Below, piece by piece: positions 17,173-30,575 of a stretch of 64,000 bases of DNA (position 1 is its first letter; every line of letters begins with the position of its first letter). Source of the stretch: Takakia lepidozioides (lineage: Eukaryota > Plantae > Bryophyta). The notes below the pieces were generated by a model. That model searched no databases. It was not told where the DNA came from and worked only from the letters and a program-made list of their open reading frames with translations. Location: assembly GCA_030704615.1 (NCBI GenBank), contig CM060731.1, positions 9,362,001 to 9,426,000 on the forward strand. Reading direction: 5' to 3'. A program made the position numbers and the translations under genes.

Positions 17173-19139
17173 CTAGTTGCCTCTCATTTTACAATAATTG
17201 GGATGTTATGGATGGCGGGCATGCCGGTGGGCCCGCGCACGGACGCCCGGCTCCCCCCACCCGGACCCCCGCGGCAGCCCCGCCGCGCTCCACCCCGCCC
17301 CCTCAGTTTGCCATGGCCAATCCGCCCGCCAGTTCCGCTACCTACATGAGTCCGCTTCCCCCAAATCCGCCAGAACCGCCAGTCTGCCATGGCCAGTCCG
17401 CCCGCCAGTCCGCTACCCATGAGTCCGCTTCCCCTCAATCCGCCAGACCCGCCAGTCTGCCGGCCAGTCCGCTGTGCCAGTCCCCGCCAGTCCACCCAAC
17501 AGTTTGCCCGCCCGTTTGCTGCCCCCAGTCTGCCAGTCTGCCAATCCACCCCACAGTCTGTCCGCCAGTCCGCGGCCCATGAGTCCGTTTTCCTCCAGTC
17601 CGCTGATGATGCCGCATCTGACGCGTCTCTTCATTCATAAATCCCATCTGAGCCCCCTCCATTTTTAGGGCATGAATTCAACCTTATCCTGCCGCCTGCC
17701 ACTTGTGCCAGCGCCGCGAATGTGCACACTGATGCTCCTTGCACGTTGTCCATCGTGGCCAGTGTACTGCGGCGCGTTTCTTGCAGGTTCTGAAGCGTGT
17801 CGAACATCTTGTAGGTACAGCAAATCCTGTCAATACACAAAAATAAAACATAAATCTGAAATCACATAGGTGAAAGACGGCAGGGCACCACCTGTACGGC
17901 GTCATTGGAAGGAAATGCATGGGCAGACTGCTCCCCTGCTTAAACGCCCAAGTCCGGACTGGACCAGGGACAACTATGACAGACTCTGTGGGTGTGGCAT
18001 GTTGGCCCTCAGTCTGTCCAATGTCAGCGTCAGTCTGCTGCTCATTATCCTCAGTCTGGTCAGTCTGGTGCTCAATCTGCTCACCGCTCTGGTCATTTTG
18101 GTGGACACTCTCGTGGGCGGGGCGAACAGCATGTTGACCTTTAGTCTGTCCATGTTCAGCGTCAGTCTGCTGCTCAGTGTCCTCAGTCTGGTCAGTCTGG
18201 TGCTCAGTCTACTCTATGATCTGGTCATTCTGATGTTCAGTCTGGTGGACACTCTCGTGGGCGGTCGGGGCATTGCAAGGTTGAGTGGACCAAAAACGGC
18301 AGATCCTGCTCTATGAAAGTCCATGACCAAAAACAAAATTTGATGATACTATCCAAAAAAAAAAAAAATTAATGATAGATAATGGTATACTGAACATATT
18401 TAGTAAAGAGTCCTACCCCAAATATTAAAGATATAATTCATTAAATATTTTAGTCTATTATTTAGAGAAATTATAAAAAAAACTAAAAACTATAATTTAC
18501 AAAAACAAAATCAATATTCCACCTAGCCATTGAAGATTATAGGTTTTTATACTTCTAGAAAAAAAATGACACCCAAAATCCAAAAACAAAAGATGAGCTA
18601 TGGATTTTTCAAAAAATGATTATTTTTTTGACATATATTAGTCCATATGAGTCAAAGGACAAATGATTTTGCCACTTCAAATCCATACGCTATGATGTGG
18701 ACGGCAAAATGACCACCTTAATTCGGCAATTTCATGGAATTCACCAATGGCACATAGGAGAACTTGAGTCCATTGTAATTCCATTCACTGGGATGCGATA
18801 ACAGTCCCACAATGACGGTGTTCAAAGTCCATAGGCAGATCATTTCTTATCGGATTCATGATTGGAGAGTTGTTATGGGTGCGTATTGAATCTAGGAATC
18901 CAATGACATATATATTTGCTAGTTTTAATGAGTTATTTGAAATCAATTGATGAACCATCAATTGCAGTCATCTAAAATGTGTGTCGGTAACGTCCATTTT
19001 GGTCCAGTCACCCCTGCATTCCCCCGGTATGCTCTTGCAGGGAGAGGATCAATCTATCAACTTGCAAATCCATCTGTCTCCCTCTCACTTCAGGGTCTAT
19101 GTATAAAAAGCTTGACTACCCCGCTCGAATCTAAATTAT
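17173..19139. mobile_element. Unclassified repeat element with a GC-rich terminus shared with the SWIM element at 37681-39254
   Basis: 17173-~17600 (ctctcattttacaataattggga.gttatgg...ccggtgggccc..gcacggacgcccggctccccc, then ccgccagtc repeats) is the reverse complement of ~38970-39254. There is an internal ~132-bp tandem duplication at ~18000-18270. The right boundary is uncertain because of the gap. Confidence 0.6.
18278..19014. mobile_element. AT-rich non-autonomous TIR DNA element (MITE-like) nested in the element above
   Basis: Left end aggttgagtggaccaaaa; right end reverse-complements to ggggtgactggaccaaaa. Both ends are flanked by tgca. Confidence 0.65.
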
Positions 19140-19639
19140 NNNNNNNNNNNNNNNNNNNNNNNNNNNNNNNNNNNNNNNNNNNNNNNNNNNNNNNNNNNNN
19201 NNNNNNNNNNNNNNNNNNNNNNNNNNNNNNNNNNNNNNNNNNNNNNNNNNNNNNNNNNNNNNNNNNNNNNNNNNNNNNNNNNNNNNNNNNNNNNNNNNNN
19301 NNNNNNNNNNNNNNNNNNNNNNNNNNNNNNNNNNNNNNNNNNNNNNNNNNNNNNNNNNNNNNNNNNNNNNNNNNNNNNNNNNNNNNNNNNNNNNNNNNNN
19401 NNNNNNNNNNNNNNNNNNNNNNNNNNNNNNNNNNNNNNNNNNNNNNNNNNNNNNNNNNNNNNNNNNNNNNNNNNNNNNNNNNNNNNNNNNNNNNNNNNNN
19501 NNNNNNNNNNNNNNNNNNNNNNNNNNNNNNNNNNNNNNNNNNNNNNNNNNNNNNNNNNNNNNNNNNNNNNNNNNNNNNNNNNNNNNNNNNNNNNNNNNNN
19601 NNNNNNNNNNNNNNNNNNNNNNNNNNNNNNNNNNNNNNN
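19140..19639. other. Assembly gap (500 N)
   Basis: Run of N. ORFs spanning it are artefacts. Confidence 1.
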
Positions 19640-22600
19640 AATCTTTGATAAACAGTTGGCATGGAACACCAAAAGCAGGAACTCCAGTTTCTGAAGCGGA
19701 AGGTGAAGAAGGAGAAAGAGGATGTGGCAGAGCCAACGGAGAGTTCAGACTCTCCAACACCATTACAGTTGAGTTACATGAGTGAAGAAGAAACCCAAGG
19801 GCAGAACTTGGAGGATGAAACAGAGAGAGAAGAAATTGGAAGAGGAAGAATATGAAGAAGTAGACCCAACAGCTGAGGTTGAGACTACAACCAGGACATC
19901 CCAACCCGTTGGACCTGGATCAAGTGGAGCACTTGGATCACAGGCCAACGAAGGTGTCGGCTCAGGGGATCAGGCGGGCTGCCTGGATCTGGCTCTGGGG
20001 GACAGGGAGTGTGGGAAGTAGTGCAACTGAAGCTGGGATACTGTGAATATCGTGGGGCCCGAAGCAGGGAGTGCTGAAGGGCCACCACTTGGTGGAAGAT
20101 CCACCACAAAAACAACAGGTCCAGAAGGACCAGCACCAGCAAGGGTGCCAGCACCTGTCAGTGGGCAGAAGGTAGGGCCACAGATGGCGTTACAACCAAC
20201 ACGGGCAAAACCACCCTTTCCAATATATTCAGGAAAAGGGGATCCCGATGTACACATTAGCCAATTTGAGCACATGTGTATAGTGAACAATGAGAATGGC
20301 GATGATGCCAAGATGAGATTGTTTCCTTGTTCACTTATCAAGAAAGCAAGTGAATGGTATGCAAGATTCCCTGATAATCATTTCCTAACCTGGAATGGCT
20401 TGAATACAACATTTCGAAATAGGTTCAGGACAAGTAAAACTGAGGATGAAGTGTATGGAAGTTTACAACAGTTAAAGCAAAAGAAGCATGAAACTGTTGA
20501 GGAGTATATGGAAAAGATGGAATTGATGATGAAAAAGTTGGCTGCAGTACCAACCAGGTTTACAGAAGACTTGGTTTGTGGTGGACTAAGACCAGAGTTG
20601 CAAAAGAAAGTGGATATGTTACCCCATAATACAGTGGAGGATTTTGAAACTGCAAACAGAATTGAGCAATTGGGAATGCTCAGGAGAGAGAAAAAAGGAT
20701 GATGAGGACTCTGAGGAAGAAGAAGAAGAAGAACTAAAAAGAAGAGTAAGAGAAAGGAGAAGTGAAGAGGGATAACTATGAAAAAGATTGGAAGAAATCT
20801 TGAAGAAGTATGCCACAGAGGCTGCAACACATTGGAGGAAGGGTGTTTTGTGTGTGCAAATGCCAGAATGAAGGCCACACCACTACTGAATGCCACATGA
20901 AAGAGAAACACTGTACTATCTGTAAAATGGATAACAATTCTACTGAGAATTGTTACTACAACAGAAGGACGGCTGCAAGAGAACCTAGGCAAGTAAGGGT
21001 GCATCAGGTGCAGCCCCAGCCAAGAAGAAAAAATGATCAGGACCACTATGGTAGGTCTGGTGGTTATAACAATGGCATGGAAGGGAGAGGTAATTCAAGA
21101 GGGAATTACCAAGGAAATTCCAGAGGCAACTATCAGGGTAATCCAAGGGGGAATTACCAGCCCGGGAATCAGGATTATAGAAATAATTCAAGAATAGACC
21201 AAGGGCGAGGACCCAATGGTGAAGAACTATGTTACTATTGTAATCAGCCAGGACATCACAGGGGAGCCTGTTCATTCTGGATAAGACACCAGAATGAGAT
21301 GAGAGCTCCTGTGAATGAGGGCCCAGTGGTGGCAGCTCACATGGTTAGGCCATGTGTTGTGCCAGAAGTAAGTACAATGATAGTAACAAGAAGTAAAGCC
21401 AAACTAATACCTCCATAGTAGAGGGAAGAAGATGATAATGAAGGTGGCAATGATATGCCTGAAGATGAAGAGACTTGGAAAGATGAGAAGGAACTGCACA
21501 AGGAAGTGGCAGATACTATAAGGGAAATGCAGAAGAGTACTGATTCCTGTGGCAAATTCCTCTGATTCTGATGGGAGAAGAAGGGAGTGAGGATGAAAGG
21601 AAGAAAGAAGATGCAGACATGCAAAGTAATGAAGAGACTTTGGCTGAAGTAATATGCCAGACCAAAGCAGAAATTACCATTGGACAGCTATTGGCTGTGG
21701 CACCTTATTGTAGGCACAGGCTGTATCAAGCAATCAATCGAATTGCCCAGGAGACAGGAAACACAGACCTGAACAGCAAGGTGACCAGTTATAATGTGAA
21801 GCCGAAAGGGCGAGAAATAGTCATGGACTTTGATAATTCTATGCCAGTAATCCAATTGAGAATTGGAAGCACGGAACTAACTGATGTACTGATAGATGGA
21901 GGCTCTGGAGTAAATATCATGACAGACCAATTAAGGAAGAAGCTTGGTCTAAGTAACATGAAACCAGCCCCATTTACAGTAACAATGGCAGATCAAAGAA
22001 GTGTACATCCATTGGGATTGATAAGAGGAGTTAAGATACAGATACAGAAGATGATCTTTATGATCACAGTAACAGTGTTGAAGATGGATGAAGTCATGGA
22101 GGCTTACTCCTTATTATTGGGACGTCCGTGGCTGAAACAGGCCAGGGTATTCCATGAATGGAATTCTCAGTTACTAACCGTGCATAATGGGATACACAAG
22201 ATACAAATTACCACAAAGAAATCTAGTAGATTACCTGCTACAAGAAGACCTCAAGGAGTCAGAGAGTATGACTGGAGAGGAGGACTGGATGAGGAGCAGG
22301 AAGCTACCCTATTTGCTGCACACCCAGAGTAGGAGCAGGTTGCAGAGATGCGGCTGGAAAGCCTAAGTTGTTTAAGAGGTATCTGTTGTGGTGTAGTGAC
22401 AGCAACACCAACTGAAGAGGAAACCAGCAGTTACCCATCACATTTCTATGAAGAAAGAGAATGAGAAATGGAAATTCTAGAGGAACCAGCCACTGTGAGC
22501 TTACAGGATGAAGTGGTGACTGGTGGACAATCACAGCTGATGAGCAGGTGAGGGAAGTGAATGTGGGAACTAAAGAGGAACCGAGGATGGTGAAAGTAGG

Positions 22601-23379
22601 AGCTGATTTGGAGCCGGAATTCTTCGAAGAAGCTAAAAGCTTGTTCATCAAATACAGAGATGTATTTGCTTGGAGCTATGAGGATCTAAAAGGGATACCA
22701 CCTTCTCCAGCCACAGGAATAGATGATCAATTATCAGATGCGAGTCTATTTGCAGTGGAGATGCAGGGAAGTGCAGATGACTGGTTAGATTGGCAGTGGC
22801 CAATCAGATACTACCTTGCTCATGGTCAGTGCCCACCTAGTTATGGTAAGGAGCAGAGGAAGAGAATCGCTATCAAAGCTTTACCTTATACTATGGTAGG
22901 AAGCAGAATGTATAAGCTAGGACCTGATGGAGTACTAAAACGATGCTTGTACCACCATGAAGTAAATAAAGTTTTGGAGGAAGTTCATAAAGGAGTGGTT
23001 GGAGGTCATTTTGGAGAAGAGACTACCAGTAGGAAGATACTACTCACAAGTTACTGTTGGCCTACTTTGTTCTAAGATGTACACGAGTATTGTCAGAGTT
23101 GTGATGAATGTCAGAGGCTAGGACCTTTGCAGAGATCTGGAAGGATGGCCTTGTATCTACAATGCCTACGGAAACCATTTCAGAAATGGGGACTAGACTT
23201 TGTTGGACCCATTAACCCACCAGCCAAGAATAGTGGTATCCATGAATAACCATTACAGCATGATTTGCATGTTGAAACGCAAGAGCAGTCACGGGCTGCG
23301 CCAGTGTTACCAATGGAGTATGGAGCACTTGTCGCTAGGCCAAGCATATATGACCAGGGCGGACAGAACAAGCGTGACA

Positions 23380-23630
23380 CAGAGCCTATCATGGCGAAAC
23401 AGCCTATCACACCATCACGTGACACAGCAGCCATCACAAGCCTTCACAGCCCATAACACAGCCTATCACAGACGTGACACAGCCTATCACAGCCCAGCAC
23501 GGCGCAACACAGCCTATCACAACCTACCACGCGTGTCACAGCCTATCACAGCTTACCACAGTGCATCACAGCCTATCACAGCGTACCACAGTATGACACA
23601 GCCTGTCACAGCTCAAACACAGCCTACTAG
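23380..23630 (+). repeat. Degenerate acagcctatcac tandem repeats inside the retroelement
   Basis: Repeated acagcc(t)atcac motif, related to the cacagcc repeats in the LTRs. Confidence 0.8.
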
Positions 23631-24204
23631 GATTACACGATCCATAGAATCAGTGACAGGTGGGCGCACAATAACTTCAGGAAAATGGCTGACGGAAAAG
23701 GACGGAAACCAGTTTAAAAATGGACACGTGGAAGTCAGGGCGCGACACACAGCTGAGAAGGAAGTGCAAGAACAGGTGTCATCAAGAAAGAAGACAAGAA
23801 TGGCCGTCAAAATACCTAATCAGCGCGTCAAATTGGATGAAAGGCGGGCCCATTAATGAATACGGAAAAAGGGGAACGGAACAAAGGGCAAGTACAGAAA
23901 AGCGAAATTCTTGTCACAGGTGTGATCCTAGTGGACTATCCAGCAGGGAAAGTCCACTAAAGAAAATGAAATCTAAAATCCAGTCACAGCGGTTACAGCC
24001 AATAGAAAGCCAGAGAAAGGATCAAGAAATTGGAGGGAAATTAAGCGCAAGAGGCGGCGTCGTTCTGAGTAACGGGGGCGACGGGACAGACCATCAATGC
24101 TATAGCTTGGAAACTATGGAGGAACTAACAGACTATACGCTCGCAATATTACTTACGCAGTGGCATAGACACGAAAGAACAGAGCGGAGCTTTTCTCTTG
24201 AGCG

Positions 24205-27200
24205 ATGCTTGCAAGCCCGCAGGCTTACAAGAAATTACCCATAGCTTTTTGTGGCAACCATACGTTTATGCTTTGTGCACTACAGGCATTTCTGCAGTTG
24301 TTACAGCCAAAATATTTCTGTGGGTCTAAAATGAAGAGAGTGAGAGGAATGGAGGAAATCAGGGTGAAGAGCACCACAATTCTGCAGAAACAAACGATTG
24401 CTACCCCACAGGCGACAGATACTGAAGGAGCTGAGATTGCAAGGATTGCAAAGCATAGATTGGACATTGCACCATAGACATACATGTTACAATTCTTGCA
24501 GAACTTTGAGCCAAGGACAGGAACAACAACGGTGAAGGGAGTTGAATTAGTAATTACTCCCCTACCTCCAGCAATTGTTTCGATTGCCAGCAGGTCAGGT
24601 GCATGTGGAGGAGCACAGGGCAAGACTGCAAATAGGGGACTTATTCCAAGAAGGGAGTTTCTTTAAAACTCAGGGTTATGCTTGTACCAAGGCCGTGTAC
24701 CCAGGGCTAAAGGAGGTAGGCCAGGTATTGAACGTTCTGATTGCCATGAAACAGAACCAACAGTATTTGAGCAGATCCTTCACGGAGGAAATACTCAAAG
24801 CCCTGAAAGGACAAGAGGTAGAATGGGCGGACATAATGTACAACGCACTGGTAGAGGAGATGAAAAGATTACAAGGTACTACCGCAAAGTCTCCTATCAT
24901 AGTGTCTGGCCCAATCATTGCTCAAATAATTCTTGATTTGGCATACTTGATGCGCAAGAAAGAAAGGAGATGGGAGTGTTTGAGCCAGAAACCACTGCAA
25001 TGGAAGAGCAAGGCTCTTCACACAGTGAGGGTGGACTAGCAGGGCAACCCGAGACTAAGAGGCAAAGACGGGGAAAGACTGTAGTGGCGGATCCACTGGC
25101 TTCACGGATTCCGCATGATAATGTTCCCAAGCTCATGTGCAGGAAGGGGCACAGCAGCACAGAGAACTGCTATTACTGGAAGCAGGACCTTCAGAGAGGG
25201 AGGAGGAAGTTACTTTAGTATCACAACCATCACAGCCATCACAGCCAGCTGATCGGCTTGTCACAAGGTTACAAGTTGTCCATGCAGCTCAACCAGAATA
25301 ATTGATTTGGAAAAAGAAGGGTTAGATATTCCAACTACAGAACAGATAGTGGCAGAAATTGAGAAGGGGGACCTTCTCTATGAATATTCTGGTCTGGTCA
25401 AGGAGACAGAGATTCCAGAGGTGCAACAGTTGCCCAAGGGAAATCCTGAGGTGCATATAATACACACACCTGTGTCGGAGGTACCACAGGTAGAATGTCA
25501 AGACACTGCAGCACCGGTGATGGATGAAGTAGTTCAGGAAGAAAATCCGGTGGGACAATGGCCTAAGTGGTTCGTGAGACATCACAGTTGAGGATCAGGA
25601 GGAACAGCAACCTCACATGATGACCCTCAACAGGCAATGCTGATGAGTTCCATAGGCAGGACACTTAATTTGTTGGGGACTTATGTCAAATCCCATGTTC
25701 CAACTACCCAATTGACAGCCTTGAGAGAGGAACTCAGGAAGGAGTTTGAGGCTCGACTAGCCACTGAGTGTGCAAACAAGGTCGATGAGGAGGTCACTCT
25801 CAAGATGCAACAGGACTTGCAAAATACAGAAGCGGCTTTGCAATTGGCCAAGGAACAATTGATTGAGGCAGGCCTCGCGCAAGACCAGTTGCACGAAGCA
25901 CATAAGCAACAGCTATACCAAATGCAGGTGCAGCATGAAAACAAGTTGCAAGAAGTGAATGCACTACATACGGAGTTGCAGACAGTGCATGACAGGATGG
26001 CGATACAATGTGCTACATTCACAACTATGCTTGACCAATCTACAAAAGAAATAAACAGTCAAGCGGAAAAATGTACGAAGGCAGAACAAGAGAATGTTGA
26101 GCAAATGAAACTCATTGTCGATATGAAGAATACAATCTGTCGCAATGAGGATACTTTCAAGCAATAGGCAGGTTGAAGCTGACCAAGAGAAGTACATCCT
26201 GGAGTTGCAACAAACGCTCGTGGCCAATAGAAATGAAATCTCGGTCACTAACAAGGCTTGGAGGGAAGCAATAATCTACTTGCTGCCTATGCGAATTGGT
26301 TGAACCTCATGCGAAGCGCATGGAGGCTTTACAACAGCAGTTAGAAGTGTACAAACTAAGAGAGGAGCACACTCTCAGAGGAACCACAAGCAACTTGGTG
26401 GATAACAGCCTTATGCAGGTCTGGTTAGCACAAGGGCCAGTGGAGGGCAAAGCACCACGAAAGCTCACCCAAAGCGAGATGAATGAGCTCAGACTGCAAG
26501 TGCAGAACATTGCCACAACTACTATAGACAATGTCTATAGTAGGATAGCAGAGTTACAAGAGGATGTAGACGGACTGCAGACTCAAGTGGAGGACCTCAC
26601 TTCAAATATCGACAAAAGAGTCTATATCCCTCAGGAACAGCTAATGGCTTCTTATTTACAAGCCAGAACTTTGGCTTTTCAGTCTTCACAGGAGGTGCAG
26701 GAGATGCCAATGATACAAGAGCCAGTACACCCACACACAACAAGTCACTGTACCAGTAGCTGAACCTGTGTTACTACAACCACACCACAGCCACCACAGC
26801 CTGAGGTATGGGGCAATGCTGCTTTTAACCCACCTACAAACTCCAGCTGCAAGGGAGTAGTAGGGCTATGATTATGCCCTTCAACCAAATTCCCATCATG
26901 TTGGATTTGGCTTGGAAAGAATTTAGTCCTCCGCAGTCATTCGCACATTATTACCAAATCATGCTATTTGGCTGCCAGTGGCAACTAGGACTAAAAGTTC
27001 TTCCGAACAATCGACATATTGAGGATCATCACTTTGCACAATACTGGCATGAGGCAAGTACAATGTTGAAGGAATTAATTGCCTTCCAAGTTGTACATGG
27101 ATTCATTTATACCAAGACCAATGAGATAGCAAGTATTGTCATGGGATGCGGGTTATACTACGCTGCTTGTTTTCTAGTACGTTATCACATTGAGCAGCAC

Positions 27201-27866
27201 AAGATGCAAGCGCGCTTTCTGAGTTATTCCAGTGGGGATCATTGGGTTTTACCTTCAGTGCCACCTCATATGTACCTATATGAGGCAAAAGTTATGATGC
27301 AAAAGGATTCTCAAATTCGTTCATGGTTTCAAGCGGCCTGGAACAATTTGTCAACACAGAAATTCGGCATTGATGATATTTTCTATAAGGGACATGTGGC
27401 ATGGAAATACTTGCACGGTGCACAAGTAATTGGTACCCCACTCACCTGGACAGACAAGGAACTCAGTGTCTTCACCAATTTTGCTGTTCAGCGTTTACAG
27501 CAAATTGTAAAATATAAACTTCCAGACATGGTAGGACAACATTGTATGCCCCAGAGGATTCCACAAAAAGTTCGACAATTAAAACACCTGAGAGGCGATG
27601 AGGATTCTGATACAACTGTTTCTTCAGCGGATTCTTTTGACATGGGAGAAGACTATGCATTACAGATGGCAGAGAAGAAGCGACGGGGTCTCCTATGCCT
27701 GAAAGGTTACCTCGATATCAGCCTCCAGAGGGCCTCACTTATCCGGGTATGTTCAAACATCTCGTCAACCAGTGACAGACCTCAGGCTCGTACACACAGT
27801 CCGCCACGAAACTCTCAACGTCAGAAAGGTGCTCACTCACAAAGGTTTGCTAATCGCAATCAGTAA
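24205..27866 (+). pseudogene. Extra (ORF3/env-like) coding region of the gypsy element, disrupted; includes a coiled-coil segment
   Basis: Chain of same-strand ORFs (24205-25039, 25307-26763 heptad-rich, 26868-27866) between the integrase and the PPT. Confidence 0.65.
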
Positions 27867-27904
27867 ACCGTGAGGACACGGCTTTTTGAGAGGGGAAGGG
27901 GTAA

Positions 27905-28860
27905 TGTTAGAGGACTGTCTGGGACTTAAACACTTATACGGGATCGGTAGGGTACCCTTAATTTTTGCACAGACTGAGATCAACAGGAGCCTTAGGGGTG
28001 ACAGCAGCACACTGTAAAGGGGGTTACACAGTCCATCACAGCCATCACAGTCGTCACAGCCGACACAGCCAACACATCACAGCCGACACAGCCATCACAG
28101 CCAACACAGCCGCCCGACACAGCCAAACACAGTCGCACAGCCAGTCACAGCCCGTCACAGTCACAGTTTCACACAGCCAGTCACAGCTTGACACAGCTGT
28201 CACGACCATAGGGAACGGAGAGCAGGACAGGGAACGACTGTGGGAAACAACACCTGCAAATGGAACATGTTAGTTCACGAACGACGGTTAGTGAGGGAAA
28301 CGGTTAGAGCACGGGTAGGAAGATAAGGGAGAAGCAAGGACTGAGAAGGGGGGATTATTCTTGGAAGCACGTCAGGGGGAGGACTTCTTTGTCAGGGAAG
28401 AGAGGGGATCGGGCGGATAGCAAGAACGGAAGCAAGCATGGAGAGCACGGTGAAGGAGGAGAGATGATTAGCAGATGCTTGTTATATGCAAAGCTGTAGT
28501 GATATTGTAAAGCAGATTAGAGACACAATGGCTTCGGCCTGATACCTGATAAATCATAATCTGATACTTATACGATACAATCACACTGTGTAGAGAGATC
28601 TGAGTGAAGCTGTGGAATGAATGGATGAGTTGAAGGAATCCGATAGATTGATGAAGCAAACTGATACTTAATTATCAATGGTAAGGTAGCTCACATGAAT
28701 GTGGAAAGGGAAACAAATAGGAAACACCCCCATGATACACTAGCTGTAGGTCATGACTGATTGTTCTGAGCGGGCTGAGTACTTAGAGATTTCCAACTCT
28801 TCTATCTTGGAGTTTCCGCCTCGGATAGCGAAGGGATGGGTGAGTAAAAGCCGCGTGACA
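27905..28860 (+). repeat. 3' LTR (956 bp)
   Basis: Starts tgttagaggactg right after the PPT and ends ccgcgtgaca. Homologous to 31932-32887 (-) and 32888-33870 (+). Confidence 0.92.
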
Positions 28861-29845
28861 GCAGGAGGCATAATTAACGTATCTGCTCTGTCAAGATCAC
28901 GTTGTAGCCACAATTCCGGGCGCATCCCAAGTAGCTCCAAATCACGGCGAACTTTCAATGTGTCTTTCTCACCAAAGATAGTTTTAATAATATTTTCAGC
29001 CAAGTTCTTCTCGCAATGCATTGCGTCAAACGTTTGGCGGATGAGGAGACCCTACAAAATGAACACATAAGCAATTGAACATTTACTCATCACAATTTAA
29101 ACAGAAAACGCAAAAATGTACACAGCCAATTTAAAGGCCATGAAGGAATTACCTCCCAATAAGGTAAGACATATAAAATTGACAATCGCTTAACTCCATG
29201 AGTTTTTGCTGGGTCTGTCCTGCTATCTGGCGACCCTCCGTTTTCCACCCATGCAGTGCGAGCTGTTGCAAGGTCCTTGATTTGTGTTCCAGTCTGCGTT
29301 TTTGGAGGAGTTCCATGCTTAGTAGCGCCATTGAACATTCTTGACCTTCTATATGGATGATTGCGGGGCCAGAAATCTTCGGTGGCCTAGGAAAACAGTT
29401 TTCCCACATGTGTGTTACTGCTGTGAAGTCACCCCGGGTCCACAAGCTGGACAACCAGCATAACCTTTTGTCACTTGACCTGAGAGCAAGCCATATGCAG
29501 GGTAGTCATGGATTGACCACATCAACACTGCCCTCAGTGTGAATTCGCGTTGACCACGAGGACGGGAAACATCATGAGCTGCAATCCCTCTCCATAGTTC
29601 CAGTAGCTCTTCTAGTAGGGGCATCAGGTAAACATCTACGTTGTCCGAGGTAACAGACTCCTTACCAGGAATCAGTAGCGCTAACATGACAAAGAACTTT
29701 TTGGTCATTAACCACGGAGGCAGATTGTAATTGACCAAGAGAACGGGCCACGTGCTCCAACTGGTGGATTGAGCTCCGTAGGGATTTACACAGTCTAAGG
29801 CCAATCCAAATCGCAGAGATCATGGCTCTGTAGCAAAATCCTCAA
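28861..29845 (-). mobile_element. CACTA/EnSpm Transposase_21 (TnpD-like) remnant, interrupted by the gypsy element
   Basis: LALDCVNPYG...STWPVLLVNYNLPPWL..KKFFVMLALLIPG...DVYLMPLLEEL.ELW.G...LRAVLMWSIHDYPAYG.LSG..TKGY.GCP.C. After an intron, LPYWE|GLLIRQTFDAMHCEKNLAEN. Confidence 0.9.
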
Positions 29846-29848
29846 ATG

Positions 29849-29877
29849 AAAAAAAAAAAAAAAAAAAAAAAAAAAAA
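29849..29877 (+). repeat. Poly(A) tract (~29 nt) truncating the transposase remnant
   Basis: Direct observation. Confidence 0.9.
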
Positions 29878-30575
29878 CATTTGCCTCCCCAACGACGCAC
29901 TCACCCTTGCACCAATTTTGAATTAAATCGAATTTTAATGAATTTAAAATTAATATTTGCATTTAGAAAATATATGATTGCGGCCTTGAGGGGCGTAATG
30001 ATTTTATTTTTAGCTCTATTCTGTTATGTGACATTGGGCTTTGCACCACTACATCCATGCAAAAAATTGGACAAAAAACAAATGGAAAAAAAAAAAATGT
30101 GTTTTCTAGGGTCACTTTTGCATAACTCTTTATAAAGAATACATGAAGTTGAAGATAACTCAACTTTGGAGTGCAAATGAGAGAACAAAATCTGGTTATG
30201 GGTCCAAATGACTTTTGTTTACTCCCAAATTTTGCACGCACATTGCATATGCTATCATTAAGCATATGGCTTGAAAATGGAATAAAAAAAAATCATCTGC
30301 AGGCGAAACGCAATTTTCCGTCTCTATGACACGTAGCTGCGTTCAACACTAGAATGACCCATTGAATCAACTTGGTTCAAGCTCATATTTGGTCCACATG
30401 TGCATAAGTATGTTTAGATCATATATGCAAAGTTGCAACCCACACAAGCAACAAGAAAAAAATTTACATCAATCGATTAATCGGAAATATACAAAGTATA
30501 TCATGAGAATATCCACAATGCCCCTCTACGCAATCCCTGTCTCAAAGGAACACTATTTCTATCATACACATCCCA

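Larger units (their letters stand above)
19640..28860 (+). mobile_element. Degenerate Ty3/gypsy (non-chromoviral, Tat/Ogre/Athila-like) LTR retrotransposon; 5' LTR not seen (element runs into the gap)
   Basis: Components in order: gag (PIYSGKGDPDVHISQFE...ASEWY...TWNGL...F, 20043-20702); CCHC knuckles (~20850-20960 and CYYCNQPGHHRGAC ~21230); aspartic protease VLIDGGSGVNIM/LLLGRPWL (21571-22332); integrase HHCC (H...GGHFG...CQSCDECQR) and WGLDFVGP (~22960-23230); extra 3' ORFs; PPT gagaggggaagggg (27888-27901); TG...CA LTR 27905-28860. Several stops and frameshifts. Confidence 0.9.

Noticed and set aside
17184-17668. Multiple overlapping Pro/Gly-rich ORFs (also at 38586-39242)
   Set aside because: By-products of GC-rich short repeats at a transposon terminus.
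18947-19904. Long ORFs containing X runs
   Set aside because: Artefacts of the 500-N assembly gap.
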